24,998 nt of DNA from an uncultured Bdellovibrionales bacterium (GCA_937980625.1 CALJPJ010000177.1:1-24998), one strand, 5' to 3'. Positions 1-9,232 are shown, numbered from the stretch's first letter. Made by a program: numbers and translations. Notes: generated by a model from the sequence alone, not told the origin.

Positions 1-2
1 CT

Positions 3-314
3 AATTTCCCTTTTTTTCAAGATGCATTAAAAAAATTTAGCGAAAATCAAATCTCAGAAAACAAACTAAAAAATTATATGTCACAAGAAGGCTTCCGAAC
101 ATCATCACAAAAATATGAAATAGAAATAACAATTGAAAAGACAAGGCTTTTTAAAATGATTAAAAATAGATTTATGTCCACATTTAATTATTTTACTGAT
201 GCAGAAATTGAGCAAGGACTTGCAGAAATAAATGAGAGATACCCAGATACTGATAATATTTTATTTTACGATGAATTAATTATTATTAATGCCAGTAAGA
301 AAGGCTTATACTAG
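3..314 (+). CDS. Class I SAM-dependent methyltransferase, C-terminal part (5' end outside the window)
   Basis: The frame of ORF 78..314 is open back to position 3 (NFPFFQDALKKFSENQ...), so ATG 78 is internal. FPFF..AL..F and RFMSTF..F.D.EIE.GL.EI resemble methyltransferase C-termini. The SAM-binding motif lies outside the window. Confidence 0.55.
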   Translation, partial: NFPFFQDALKKFSENQISENKLKNYMSQEGFRTSSQKYEIEITIEKTRLFKMIKNRFMSTFNYFTDAEIEQGLAEINERYPDTDNILFYDELIIINASKKGLY

Positions 315-458
315 GTACGTATAAATTAAAATGCCGGTGCCACTATTACCACTTAAGTACTAAAGTTAATTGAAATAGATTATATTTCCTAATTCGACAA
401 TAAACAATTTTTTTTATAAATCATCCTTGGATTATATTAAAACTATAGGAGATTTATA

Positions 459-1133
459 ATGAGCAAATTAATTTTTACATTAACAACAATGTTTTCACTT
501 TCAGCATTTTCAGGCCCTGACTTTGGTGCTTTTGTGAGTGGTGATAACCTAGTGCTTACATTATTAGTAGATAGGTGTAATGCACATAGTGCGTCTTTAA
601 ATTTAGCTAAAAATTGCACAAAGCCATTTTTAACGAAAGATTTTGTTACCACTTGTGAAGCTGAGATCTTAGTTAAGTCAACGGAAAGAGGTTGCTCAGA
701 CGCTAGAGTTGAAGCTCAAACTTTTGAAATTAACATACCGAAGCTGAATTTAAGAGACACGATAGATACATTATCACTGACAAAATACACTTCAGAATCT
801 TTAGAAGTAGCTTTGGATAGTGAGTTACAAGTTAGCGCTTTTTACACAGATAAAGTATTATACTTTTCACTGCTAGGTGATACTTGTAATAATATTAGTC
901 CTAGTATTTATGTTAACAAGTTTTGTGATAAAGATAGATTGACTAGGAATTTAGTTATTGATTGTCATGCAGAGTTGGGCTTCCTGCAAACAGAAAAGTA
1001 TTGTGGTCCAACTATTATCCCGCGTACAGCCACTATTAATATTGAAGACACTCAGATAGACCCTATGGCAAAGAAATTAGTGCTAGATGTTGAAGGCACG
1101 GAAATTGTAGTTCCACTTGAGGATAAGAGGTAA
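459..1133 (+). CDS. Secreted hypothetical protein with two tandem ~100-aa four-cysteine domains
   Basis: AGGAG RBS before ATG 459; signal-peptide-like N-terminus (..FSLSAFS); internal duplication LLVDRCN/LLGDTCN, STERGC/QTEKYC. Confidence 0.85.
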   Translation: MSKLIFTLTTMFSLSAFSGPDFGAFVSGDNLVLTLLVDRCNAHSASLNLAKNCTKPFLTKDFVTTCEAEILVKSTERGCSDARVEAQTFEINIPKLNLRDTIDTLSLTKYTSESLEVALDSELQVSAFYTDKVLYFSLLGDTCNNISPSIYVNKFCDKDRLTRNLVIDCHAELGFLQTEKYCGPTIIPRTATINIEDTQIDPMAKKLVLDVEGTEIVVPLEDKR

Positions 1134-1143
1134 ATATTAGTGT

Positions 1144-1176
1144 TTCGAGGCACTTACTATGGGTGAGTGCTTTGAA
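1144..1176 (+). terminator. Probable intrinsic terminator of the 459..1133 gene
   Basis: Hairpin ttcgaggcacttac-tatgg-gtgagtgctttgaa (14-bp stem with G-U pairs) 10 nt after the stop codon; U-tract is imperfect. Confidence 0.6.
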
Positions 1177-1181
1177 TACTA

Positions 1182-1367
1182 CCCAAATCTATGGATAAAA
1201 TTTAAATAAATTTCTTTATTGTCTTCTCCAGAGTACGCTTACGGCAGCAGCGCGTCTTTGCACTTCGTCACCTTTTAGGTGAAGCAGATGCAGATACGCG
1301 AAGCGCGACACGACACTCTATAGAAGGCAATAAAGAAATTTATTTAAATTTTATCCATAGATTTGGG
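1182..1367. mobile_element. MITE-like non-autonomous element, 186 bp
   Basis: Terminal inverted repeats 1182-1234 and 1315-1367 (50/53 match); direct repeat ATACTA at 1176-1181 and 1368-1373; GC-rich inner hairpin 1251-1300; no ORF across it. Confidence 0.8.
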
Positions 1368-1549
1368 ATACTATTGTTTAAAGATCAAGTTAAAAGTAAG
1401 TTACCGGATTAAGTAGCTATAATTTAAGAAACTTAAATTAGGTATTTATAATTATTCATAAGTAATAATATTCATAGCCATAAGTATTTAACTATGGATG
1501 TTTAAGGCATGTTTTGTTATGTATGAGTCTATAAACAAAAGGGTGTATT

Positions 1550-3379
1550 ATGAACAAAATTAAATTGCTAATATTATTAGTTTCGACATTATTCTTAAGC
1601 TTAACATCTTGTAGCACTGGTAGTAAAAAAACTTACACAATTGAAGAAATTAAAGCTGAAAGTAAAAAATTAGATTCATTTTTTGCTAAACAGTTTGAAC
1701 AATCTCTACAGAGATACCCAACTTTTCTTACCTATATAGGACGTAAAGAGCAGTATGATAAACTCAATAATAATTCATATGAGTACGCTCAAGATTCAAT
1801 AAATTTAGAAATAGAGAGTTTAAAAGAACTTGAACAAATAAATTATGATGCATTAGATGCTCAGAGTAAAGTGAGTTATAAACTCTATGAAAAAAGTGTG
1901 AAAGAATCTAAAGATGATTTTAAATATTATTATCATGGTTTTTTTGTTTCTCAAATGTTTGGTGATCATTCAAGAATACCAAGCTTTATGATTAATATGC
2001 ATTTAATAGCTAATGAAAAAGATGGAAATGACTACGTATCACGATTATATGGTTTTAATAGGTTTTTTGATCAATTATTAGTTAATTTAAAAAAACAAGA
2101 AAAGATGGGTGTTCGCATGCCAAACTTTTCTTTTGATAAAGTAATTAGAGATAGTGAAAATATAATTTCTGGATTTCCTTTTCAAAAAAATGCTAAGCCT
2201 AGTACTTTGTATAAAGATTTAAGTGACAAACTTGTTAAGGCTAAAATCTCTAAAAGTAAAAGAAATAAAATTTTAAAAAACTCAGAAGCAGCACTTTTAA
2301 AATCTGTTAAGCCAGCTTACACAAAGTTTATTGCCTATATGAAAGAGTTAAAAAAAGTCAGTCCAGGTAACGATGGTGTGTGGAGTTTGCCGGATGGCAA
2401 AGCCTATTATAAAAATCGTTTAAAGAGAATAACTACAACTGATAAGACTGCTGAGCAAATTCATCAGCTTGGTCTTTCAGAGGTAAAAAGAATACGTGGT
2501 GAAATGGAAGTTATAATGAAAAAAGTAGCTTTCAAAGGGTCACTTAATGACTTTTTTAAATTTATGAAGTCATCAAAAAAGTTTTACTACTCTAATTCAA
2601 AACAAGGAAGACAAAGTTACTTAAAAGATACTAATAAAATTATTTCTAATATTAAGCCAAAGTTAGACTTGATATTTAATACAAAACCGAAAGCTGATGT
2701 TGTGGTGAAGCCAGTTGAAGCTTTTAGAGAAAAGTCTGCTGGTATAGCTTTTTACCAAAGCCCAGCTTTAAATGGTTCGCGCCCAGGGATTTACTACGTG
2801 AACCTGTCAGACATGAGCTCTGTGGCAAAATATGATATGGAGGCTTTGGCTTATCATGAAGCATTGCCTGGGCACCATATGCAACTAGCTATTAGCCAAG
2901 AGTTAAAAAACTTACCAATGTTTAGAAAGTTAGGTGGTTATACAGCATACTCTGAAGGGTGGGGTTTATATTCTGAATATATCCCTAAAGAAATGGGTTT
3001 TTACAGAGACCCTTATTCTGATTTTGGTCGCTTAAGTATGGAAATGTGGAGGGCTTGTAGATTAGTAGTAGATACAGGAATCCATCACTATAAATGGTCG
3101 AGAGAAAAAGCTTTAAAATATTTAGATGATAATACTCCAAATTCAACAGATGAAAAAGTGAAGGGTATTGAACGTTATATAGTAATGCCGGGACAGGCTA
3201 CAGCTTATAAGATTGGACAATTAAAAATATTAAACTTAAGAAAAAAAGCTAAATTAGCCTTAGGTGGTAGTTTTGATATTAGAGAGTTCCATGATGTAGT
3301 TTTAACTAATGGCTCGGTACCTTTAGATATTTTAGAAAGTAATGTTGATACATATATAAAAAATAAAAAAAGTTTATAA
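1550..3379 (+). CDS. DUF885 domain-containing lipoprotein (putative metallopeptidase-like)
   Basis: Lipobox LTSC; family motifs AFYQSP..GSRPG.YYVN, LAYHEALPGHHMQ, YSEGWGLYSE, WRACRLVVDTGIH, ERY...PGQATAYKIG. Confidence 0.93.
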   Translation: MNKIKLLILLVSTLFLSLTSCSTGSKKTYTIEEIKAESKKLDSFFAKQFEQSLQRYPTFLTYIGRKEQYDKLNNNSYEYAQDSINLEIESLKELEQINYDALDAQSKVSYKLYEKSVKESKDDFKYYYHGFFVSQMFGDHSRIPSFMINMHLIANEKDGNDYVSRLYGFNRFFDQLLVNLKKQEKMGVRMPNFSFDKVIRDSENIISGFPFQKNAKPSTLYKDLSDKLVKAKISKSKRNKILKNSEAALLKSVKPAYTKFIAYMKELKKVSPGNDGVWSLPDGKAYYKNRLKRITTTDKTAEQIHQLGLSEVKRIRGEMEVIMKKVAFKGSLNDFFKFMKSSKKFYYSNSKQGRQSYLKDTNKIISNIKPKLDLIFNTKPKADVVVKPVEAFREKSAGIAFYQSPALNGSRPGIYYVNLSDMSSVAKYDMEALAYHEALPGHHMQLAISQELKNLPMFRKLGGYTAYSEGWGLYSEYIPKEMGFYRDPYSDFGRLSMEMWRACRLVVDTGIHHYKWSREKALKYLDDNTPNSTDEKVKGIERYIVMPGQATAYKIGQLKILNLRKKAKLALGGSFDIREFHDVVLTNGSVPLDILESNVDTYIKNKKSL

Positions 3380-4189
3380 TTAGCTAATAAAGTTTATTAG
3401 CTTTTGAGCCGTAGATGAAGATTTAATGATCCTATGGTGGCCAAGTCCACTTGTAGTTATAAAAGCTCCACCTGACCATGCTTTTTGTAGTTTTTGGAAG
3501 CGGTCATATGGAACCTCTTTATCGTCAGTATCGTGTATAACAATAACTTTGGTTATTAGAGATAGGTCATTTGAAATCAAGCTTGTGCTTTCGATGGTTT
3601 GGCCAATAATTTTTTCAACTTTATTTATTAAGTAGTTAAAAGCTTTATCGTTAATTTTAATTCTATTTTTAAAATTAGAAAAAATTATGGGTACAATTGC
3701 TGGTGCGCCTATAATACCAATAAAGTTTGGTTTAGACATGTAGTTTAAAAGAAGGGCCATGCTAGCTCCGCCAAAAGAGTGACCAATAATAGCGTGGGGT
3801 TTTGATTTATTCTCTTTTATGTCGTTAGCTAGAGCTTTAGCAAAATCAACTAAGTTAATAAAGTAACCAGGGGAGTCGCCATGAGCTGGTCCATCCCAAG
3901 TGATCACTTTGTAGCCGGCCTCAGTAAATTGAGGTATAATTTTATAATATGTGGAGCCACGAGAAGCCCAGCCATGAATTAACCAAACCTCTGGCCCTGA
4001 ACCCCATGATTTTATAGCTCTTTTTGAGCTTAAATTTATTGACTCTCCAGTTTGCCAAAACTTTAACTCAGCTTCTGATCGTTTACTTTTATTAACAAAA
4101 CTAAATAGTTTTAAGGCAATAGTGGCAGTGGTGCGTGGAAATACGGGTGAGACATACTTGAAAAAAGTAGGTATTAACTTGAGTAGCAT
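3380..4189 (-). CDS. Alpha/beta fold hydrolase
   Basis: HGW oxyanion region, DGPAHG, nucleophile elbow GHSFG, IHDTDD (Asp) and GLGH (His). Confidence 0.92.
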   Translation of the reverse strand: MLLKLIPTFFKYVSPVFPRTTATIALKLFSFVNKSKRSEAELKFWQTGESINLSSKRAIKSWGSGPEVWLIHGWASRGSTYYKIIPQFTEAGYKVITWDGPAHGDSPGYFINLVDFAKALANDIKENKSKPHAIIGHSFGGASMALLLNYMSKPNFIGIIGAPAIVPIIFSNFKNRIKINDKAFNYLINKVEKIIGQTIESTSLISNDLSLITKVIVIHDTDDKEVPYDRFQKLQKAWSGGAFITTSGLGHHRIIKSSSTAQKLINFIS

Positions 4190-4241
4190 ATATTTATTAT
4201 TCCCAAATAAAAAATTAATTATAAACAGTTTATATCATAGT

Positions 4242-4451
4242 TTAATCGAGTTTTAGTACATCTGATAAATAAAGTTGTTCAACTTTTGTTCGAGCCCAAG
4301 GGGTTCTGCGTAAAAACTTTAAACTAGATTTGATACTAGGGTCGTAATTGAAACAACGTATTTTAACAATTTCACCCATCCTTTTAAAACCAAGCTCTTT
4401 TACAAGCTCGTTCAAAATAAATTCGAGTGTTTTTCCTTCAAGTGGATCCAT
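4242..4451 (-). CDS. VF530 family (DUF2132) putative DNA-binding protein
   Basis: DPLEG.TLE.IL..LV...G and RCF..DPSIKSSLKFLRRTPWAR.KVE.LYL signature. Confidence 0.95.
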   Translation of the reverse strand: MDPLEGKTLEFILNELVKELGFKRMGEIVKIRCFNYDPSIKSSLKFLRRTPWARTKVEQLYLSDVLKLD

Positions 4452-4470
4452 GATTTACTTATATAGAATA

Positions 4471-4511
4471 ATAAAAAAAAAAGCCAAGTATTTTAATAAT
4501 TACTTGGCTTT
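4471..4511 (-). terminator. Intrinsic terminator downstream of the 4532..4927 lipoprotein gene
   Basis: Perfect 11-bp stem aaagccaagta (4480-4490) / tacttggcttt (4501-4511), with an A-run on + that gives a U-tract on the minus strand. Confidence 0.8.
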
Positions 4512-4531
4512 ATTAGTTGAGTGAAAACAAA

Positions 4532-4927
4532 TTAATTTGTTTTTGAAGTACATTTGAACCCAGCAAATTCAATATTTGTTTTTATTTTATTAAGTACGTT
4601 AGTACAGATTTTAGGATTAGTTTGCCCCCAAGCTACCTGGGTTGTTGATCCAAATTTTGTGTATTCAACTGTACATTTATCTTTTATTTTATTTACTTTA
4701 ATAGTGCGTGGAGTACCTTCCACATTACATGTGTAGCTATTACTGATAGCGGGAGTGGTTGGATCTTTTTTTAGAATTTTTGTTATAGGTTGTTGAGGAA
4801 TTGGTTCATTAACAATTGGTGGTTGCAAAGGCTTAATATCAGTTACATCGGTAGTTTTTGGCTTACTAGTACATGATATGCTAAGCCCAAAGCAACCAAT
4901 TAAAACGATACAATTGATATTCTTCAT
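4532..4927 (-). CDS. Hypothetical lipoprotein: Pro/Thr-rich linker plus a C-terminal four-cysteine domain
   Basis: AGGAG RBS; lipobox-like LSISC; linker KPLQPPIVNEPIPQQP; YTC...C.VEYTK.G...W....C......GFKC. Confidence 0.85.
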   Translation of the reverse strand: MKNINCIVLIGCFGLSISCTSKPKTTDVTDIKPLQPPIVNEPIPQQPITKILKKDPTTPAISNSYTCNVEGTPRTIKVNKIKDKCTVEYTKFGSTTQVAWGQTNPKICTNVLNKIKTNIEFAGFKCTSKTN

Positions 4928-4939
4928 ATTTATCTCTCC

Positions 4940-5119
4940 TTAGCTTGAGATATGCCATAGGCATGAGGCTCAAGCGCTACAAGTTAAATAAAATTTATAA
5001 CGAATCGTCCTGATTGGACGATGCGGTATAAACTTTTAAATCCTAAAAAAATTAGCTTGAGATATGCCATAGGCATGAGGCTCAAGCGCTACAAATTAAA
5101 TAAAATTTATAACGAATCG
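4940..5119. repeat. Two copies of a 68-bp structured unit (4940-5007 and 5052-5119; period 112 bp)
   Basis: ttagcttgagatatgccataggcatgaggctcaagcgctacaa(g/a)ttaaataaaatttataacgaatcg; 67/68 identical; nested stems gcttgag/ctcaagc and atgcc/ggcat. Confidence 0.95.
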
Positions 5120-5281
5120 CCTTTGTAGGGTTCAAAGTTATTAAATTTTACAACAATAACTAAAGCATAATTGAGTCCAATTTATATAGTGTTCAAGTGC
5201 ATATATATTTGATTTCAAATAAATTGAATCATATTTGGCGAGAGAAATTTACAAATTAGGTGACAAAAAATGGAGCTGGTA

Positions 5282-6133
5282 TTATGAAATTTTAATTATA
5301 ATGATTCCAGAAACAATTAATATTAAGGCTAACACTTTAGTTTTGTATATTTTTTCTTTTAATATAAAAACACCTAATAAAGTGGCAATTACTATTGAAA
5401 ACTCTCTGAGTGCAACAACATAGGATGTTGGTTCTTTTGTAAAGGCCCATAATACAATTAAGTAGGCAAAAGCACCAAAGCTAGCAATTGTGAAAGCTTC
5501 AAGCTTATGTTTTTTCAAAACTACTTTAATTGGCTTTCTAAACTTAGTGAGCATAATTGGTAAGGCAAAAATAGTAGTTGCCAAGTTTATTATTGCTACA
5601 AAAAAGAACTCAGGAACATATTGAACACCTCTACTGTCCGCCAGAGAATATGATGAAATAATAATGCCGACACCAACGGCAATGAAAAATGCTTTTGCAT
5701 CTTTGCTACTTCTAAGAACTTCAGCCAAACCAATAACAAAAGTTCCAAGAATAATACAAGAAATTCCAACTATGCCGAAATTAGATATATTATCAAATTT
5801 TAAGAGGTAGGCAAAGATAGTTGTGAAAGCAATGCCGCAGCCTCTTGCAACTGGGTATACCACTGAAATCTCACCAACTGTATAAGCCCAACTTAGCATT
5901 AGTACGTAAAAACAGTGTATGAACCCAGAAAGACAAATAAAATATAATGAGTTTATTGTAAATGTGGAAAAGTCAGTGAATAAAGCTGATATCGGAACTG
6001 CTAAGGCTCCAAAAAACAACCAGCCAACTAATAAAAGTGAACTTTTGTGAGCTGTTGATTTTTTTGCATAAAAATTCCAAGATGCCTGAAAAAAAGCAGA
6101 TGCTAAAACAGCAAAGAAAACTAAACTACTCAT
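5282..6133 (-). CDS. EamA/DMT family transporter
   Basis: About ten hydrophobic segments; AY..GEISVVYPVARG and YVVALREFSIV.A.LLG...LKE motifs. Confidence 0.93.
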   Translation of the reverse strand: MSSLVFFAVLASAFFQASWNFYAKKSTAHKSSLLLVGWLFFGALAVPISALFTDFSTFTINSLYFICLSGFIHCFYVLMLSWAYTVGEISVVYPVARGCGIAFTTIFAYLLKFDNISNFGIVGISCIILGTFVIGLAEVLRSSKDAKAFFIAVGVGIIISSYSLADSRGVQYVPEFFFVAIINLATTIFALPIMLTKFRKPIKVVLKKHKLEAFTIASFGAFAYLIVLWAFTKEPTSYVVALREFSIVIATLLGVFILKEKIYKTKVLALILIVSGIIIIKIS

Positions 6134-6145
6134 TGATTAATCACC

Positions 6146-7906
6146 TTAATAGTCCTTTATGTTTCGTTTAGAAATCTCTTCAATAAATATTTTTTCAGTG
6201 ATCCGCCAAAATTTACCCTGCTTACGGCCAATAACATAAGCGGGCATTCTTAAGTAATTTTGAGCATTGACGACTTGATTAACAGATTTAATATCCAAAC
6301 GCATTTCTGGTTTTTTCATATGTGAGCGTAAAAAATTAATATTAAATTTTTTCAAGGCAGTTTGGTTGTTGAGATAATGAACTTCAGATAAATAATCACC
6401 ATTAAAATCATAGTACTTAACTTCTAAAAAAGAATTTCCGTTTTTATCAGCTCTCTCAAGCATTTCAATGGAGTCTGGAGTTAGTACGTGGGCATTTTTT
6501 GATAGACGAGCCTGTTTAAGTTTAGTATCAGCATCTATGAGTTGGTTTTTACATGATGTACATTCACGAGCTGTAATATCATTTCTATGGCCACATTCAT
6601 TACAGATTTTAAATCGAAATAAATATCCACAGGCTTTGTATTCATAGGTATCAGGGTCGTGAATTCCGCCGCGACATTTGCGACCATAGTGCTCAAGGAT
6701 ATAACCATCGTGATCAAGCTTTCCCCAAAAATTATTTTCAAACCCACATTGCGGGCAAGGAATAATGACAGCGACAGAGTCTTTGACAGTTTTATTTTCG
6801 TTAACAGTAGGGCTATAAATATCATAACCCATGCCTGTATAATCTAAAATATAACATTCTTTTTTATTGTTTTCGAGCCGTAAGCCTCGGCCAATAATCT
6901 GTTGGTATAAACTCACAGACTCTGTTGGTCTGAGAATAGCTATAACATCAACATGAGGAGCGTCAAAACCAGTAGTCAACACAGAAACATTAACAAGGTA
7001 TTTAAATTTTTTATCTTTAAAGTCATTAATAATTTGATCTCGGTCAGAGTCTTCAGTTTCGCCTAATATAATTTTAGCTTCATTTTTAGGTAAGCAGCTT
7101 AAAATTTCATTGGCATGTTTAACGGTACTACTAAAAATCATTACACCAGTGCGATTATATTTTTCAGTAATATCAATAATATTTTTAACAATTAATGGAG
7201 TTAAGCGTTTTTGTTTTTTTAAAACCTCTTCAATTTGTGCTGTGGAAAAAGATTTTCCACTTTCATTTAACTCTGAGAAGTCATAACAAGTCACAGGAAT
7301 ATTCACAGTGATTGGAGGAGTTAAGTACTTATTGTTAATCATATATTTGAGAGAGAGTTCATAAATACATTGTTTAAAAAAGCGAGGCTCTGTCGTTCGA
7401 GAGATGCCGTCGTGGCTATAATTGTATATCCAACCTAAGCCTAGGCGATATGGTGTTGCAGTGAGCCCGAGTACACATAATGAAGGGTTAATCAATTTTA
7501 ATTTTTTTATAACTTGTGAGTATTGAGAATCATTTTCGATACTCACGCGATGACATTCATCAATAATAAGCAAAGTAAAGCCAGAAAAAAAATCATCACT
7601 AGCATTGGCAACAGATTGAATACTGCCAAAAATAACCTTTTGTGCGGAGTCTTTTTTATTAAGACCAGCTGAGTAAATACCAGCTTTTAAATTATAACTT
7701 TCGTATTTATTGTGGTTTTGCTCAATGAGCTCTTTAACATGAGCTAAAACTAGCACTCTCCCTTTGGCAATTTTGGCAAGCTCAGCAATAACTAAGCTTT
7801 TACCAGCGCCTGTGGGTAAAACTATAACTGCGGGATCACGTTTTTTTTTAAAGTATTTTATAGCGCAGTCAACAGCTTGTTGTTGGTAATCTCTTAGTTT
7901 GAACAT
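6146..7906 (-). CDS. radD: DEAD/DEAH-box helicase of the RadD (YejH) family with C-terminal zinc-finger region
   Basis: LRDYQ Q-motif, LPTGAGKS (I), IDECH (II), GLTATP (III), VLTTGFDAP (V), [10 protein letters not shown] (VI); [13 protein letters not shown] and CNECG..NDI.AR.C..C as in YejH/RadD. Confidence 0.88.
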   Translation of the reverse strand: MFKLRDYQQQAVDCAIKYFKKKRDPAVIVLPTGAGKSLVIAELAKIAKGRVLVLAHVKELIEQNHNKYESYNLKAGIYSAGLNKKDSAQKVIFGSIQSVANASDDFFSGFTLLIIDECHRVSIENDSQYSQVIKKLKLINPSLCVLGLTATPYRLGLGWIYNYSHDGISRTTEPRFFKQCIYELSLKYMINNKYLTPPITVNIPVTCYDFSELNESGKSFSTAQIEEVLKKQKRLTPLIVKNIIDITEKYNRTGVMIFSSTVKHANEILSCLPKNEAKIILGETEDSDRDQIINDFKDKKFKYLVNVSVLTTGFDAPHVDVIAILRPTESVSLYQQIIGRGLRLENNKKECYILDYTGMGYDIYSPTVNENKTVKDSVAVIIPCPQCGFENNFWGKLDHDGYILEHYGRKCRGGIHDPDTYEYKACGYLFRFKICNECGHRNDITARECTSCKNQLIDADTKLKQARLSKNAHVLTPDSIEMLERADKNGNSFLEVKYYDFNGDYLSEVHYLNNQTALKKFNINFLRSHMKKPEMRLDIKSVNQVVNAQNYLRMPAYVIGRKQGKFWRITEKIFIEEISKRNIKDY

Positions 7907-8012
7907 CTTATTTGTTTATATTTATTAATCGATTTTGTCATTCTATAATTGTTTAAATATCTAGTTTTAAGTATACTCATTGAGCTGACTTAGTTATTTT
8001 TTTGGAGAGCAA

Positions 8013-8879
8013 ATGCCTTTTATTTCGCATAAACTTGGGAAGACCTACTATAAAGTTTCTAATAAAAATAAAAAAAATACTCCTCTAGTATTTTTACATG
8101 GGGGCCCTGGTAGCGGGATGCAAGGCAATCTTCCGCTTTTAAAACTCATTAAAAATAGGCCGGTGTATTTATATGATCAATTGGGTTGTGGAAAAAGCTC
8201 AATCACAAATAAAAACAAATGGAATATTGATACATTCGTAACTGAACTAGATATTTTAATTAAAAAATGGGGTTTAGATAACTTTCACTTAGGAGGAGGG
8301 TCATGGGGAACAACATTAGCATTGGAGTATTATTTATATAATAAAAATAAAAATATTAAATCACTTATATTTAGATCTCCTATGTTTTCAGCAAAAGACT
8401 GGAGTGATGATGCGAAATATTTAATTTCTAAAATGGATAGTAAGAACAAAAAAATAATTAAATATTGTCATGAAATCGGAGCTACTGACTCAAAAGTTTA
8501 CAAGGAAGCAATGTTTTCTTATTATTTAAAACATGTACTAAGAGATAAAATTAAATTGAATCAATCATTTAATAGCAGCAAAAAAACAAATTTAAATGGA
8601 AAAAAAATATACCAATTTATGTGGGGTCCATCAGAGTTTTGCGCTGTTGGTACATTAAAGAAGTACAATAAAGTAAATAAATTAAATAAAATTAAAGTTC
8701 CGACTTTATTTTTTTGTGGCAGGTATGACGAGGCAAGACCAGAAACTACTAAAAAGTATAGCCAAATGGTTAAAAAATCTAAATTTAAGGTTTTAGCTGG
8801 ATGCTCTCATGTGAGTATGCAAGAAAACCCAAAGCTTGTAGTCAAAACGATGAATAATTTTTTAAACAAAATTAACTAG
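8013..8879 (+). CDS. pip: Proline iminopeptidase-like alpha/beta hydrolase
   Basis: LHGGPG, YDQLGCGKS, nucleophile GGSWG, MWGPSEF...GTLK, GRYDE, SH; typical of the proline-specific peptidase family. Symbol is tentative. Confidence 0.85.
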   Translation: MPFISHKLGKTYYKVSNKNKKNTPLVFLHGGPGSGMQGNLPLLKLIKNRPVYLYDQLGCGKSSITNKNKWNIDTFVTELDILIKKWGLDNFHLGGGSWGTTLALEYYLYNKNKNIKSLIFRSPMFSAKDWSDDAKYLISKMDSKNKKIIKYCHEIGATDSKVYKEAMFSYYLKHVLRDKIKLNQSFNSSKKTNLNGKKIYQFMWGPSEFCAVGTLKKYNKVNKLNKIKVPTLFFCGRYDEARPETTKKYSQMVKKSKFKVLAGCSHVSMQENPKLVVKTMNNFLNKIN

Positions 8880-8945
8880 ATGATCTATCAATTATTTCAA
8901 AGCTATTTTATTTAATATGGTATAGTTTCATAGCCTATTTATCTA

Positions 8946-9065
8946 TTAGTGAAAATATTTAAAGTAACCTATGAGTAGTCCTGTGATTAGAACCATTATA
9001 AAAATCCATTTAGCAAAAAACTTGATAAATACGCCGTAATTAAATGATGAGTCTTTTAAATCCAT
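8946..9065 (-). CDS. Possible 39-aa single-pass membrane protein
   Basis: Translated by hand: MDLKDSSFNYGVFIKFFAKWIFIMVLITGLLIGYFKYFH*. Weak AAGG upstream; fills an otherwise empty 350-bp gap. Below the length cutoff of the supplied ORF track. Confidence 0.35.
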   Translation of the reverse strand: MDLKDSSFNYGVFIKFFAKWIFIMVLITGLLIGYFKYFH

Positions 9066-9232
9066 AATGTCTTTATACCTTGATTTGTAAGGATTAACAA
9101 TTGTACTTATATGTGATGGAGTGGTTTGTCGAATGCGACATAAGTAGATAATATCTTTGAACTTTATTGTTTGAGGACAACGCTCGAAGCTAATGGGGGA
9201 TATACTAAGTTCAAAGAGTCATACAAAATAGG

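Noticed and set aside
1182-1367. In-frame coding palindrome like Rickettsia RPEs (186+6 bp is a multiple of 3)
   Set aside because: The TIR has stop codons in all three frames on both strands, and the element is intergenic.
4945-4962. Sigma54 promoter (GG-N10-GC in TGGCATATCTCAAGC, minus strand)
   Set aside because: The -12 box is AAGC rather than TTGC, and the implied start would fall downstream of the Shine-Dalgarno.
4940-5119. CRISPR array
   Set aside because: Only two units, 68 bp long (too long for CRISPR repeats), and no cas genes.
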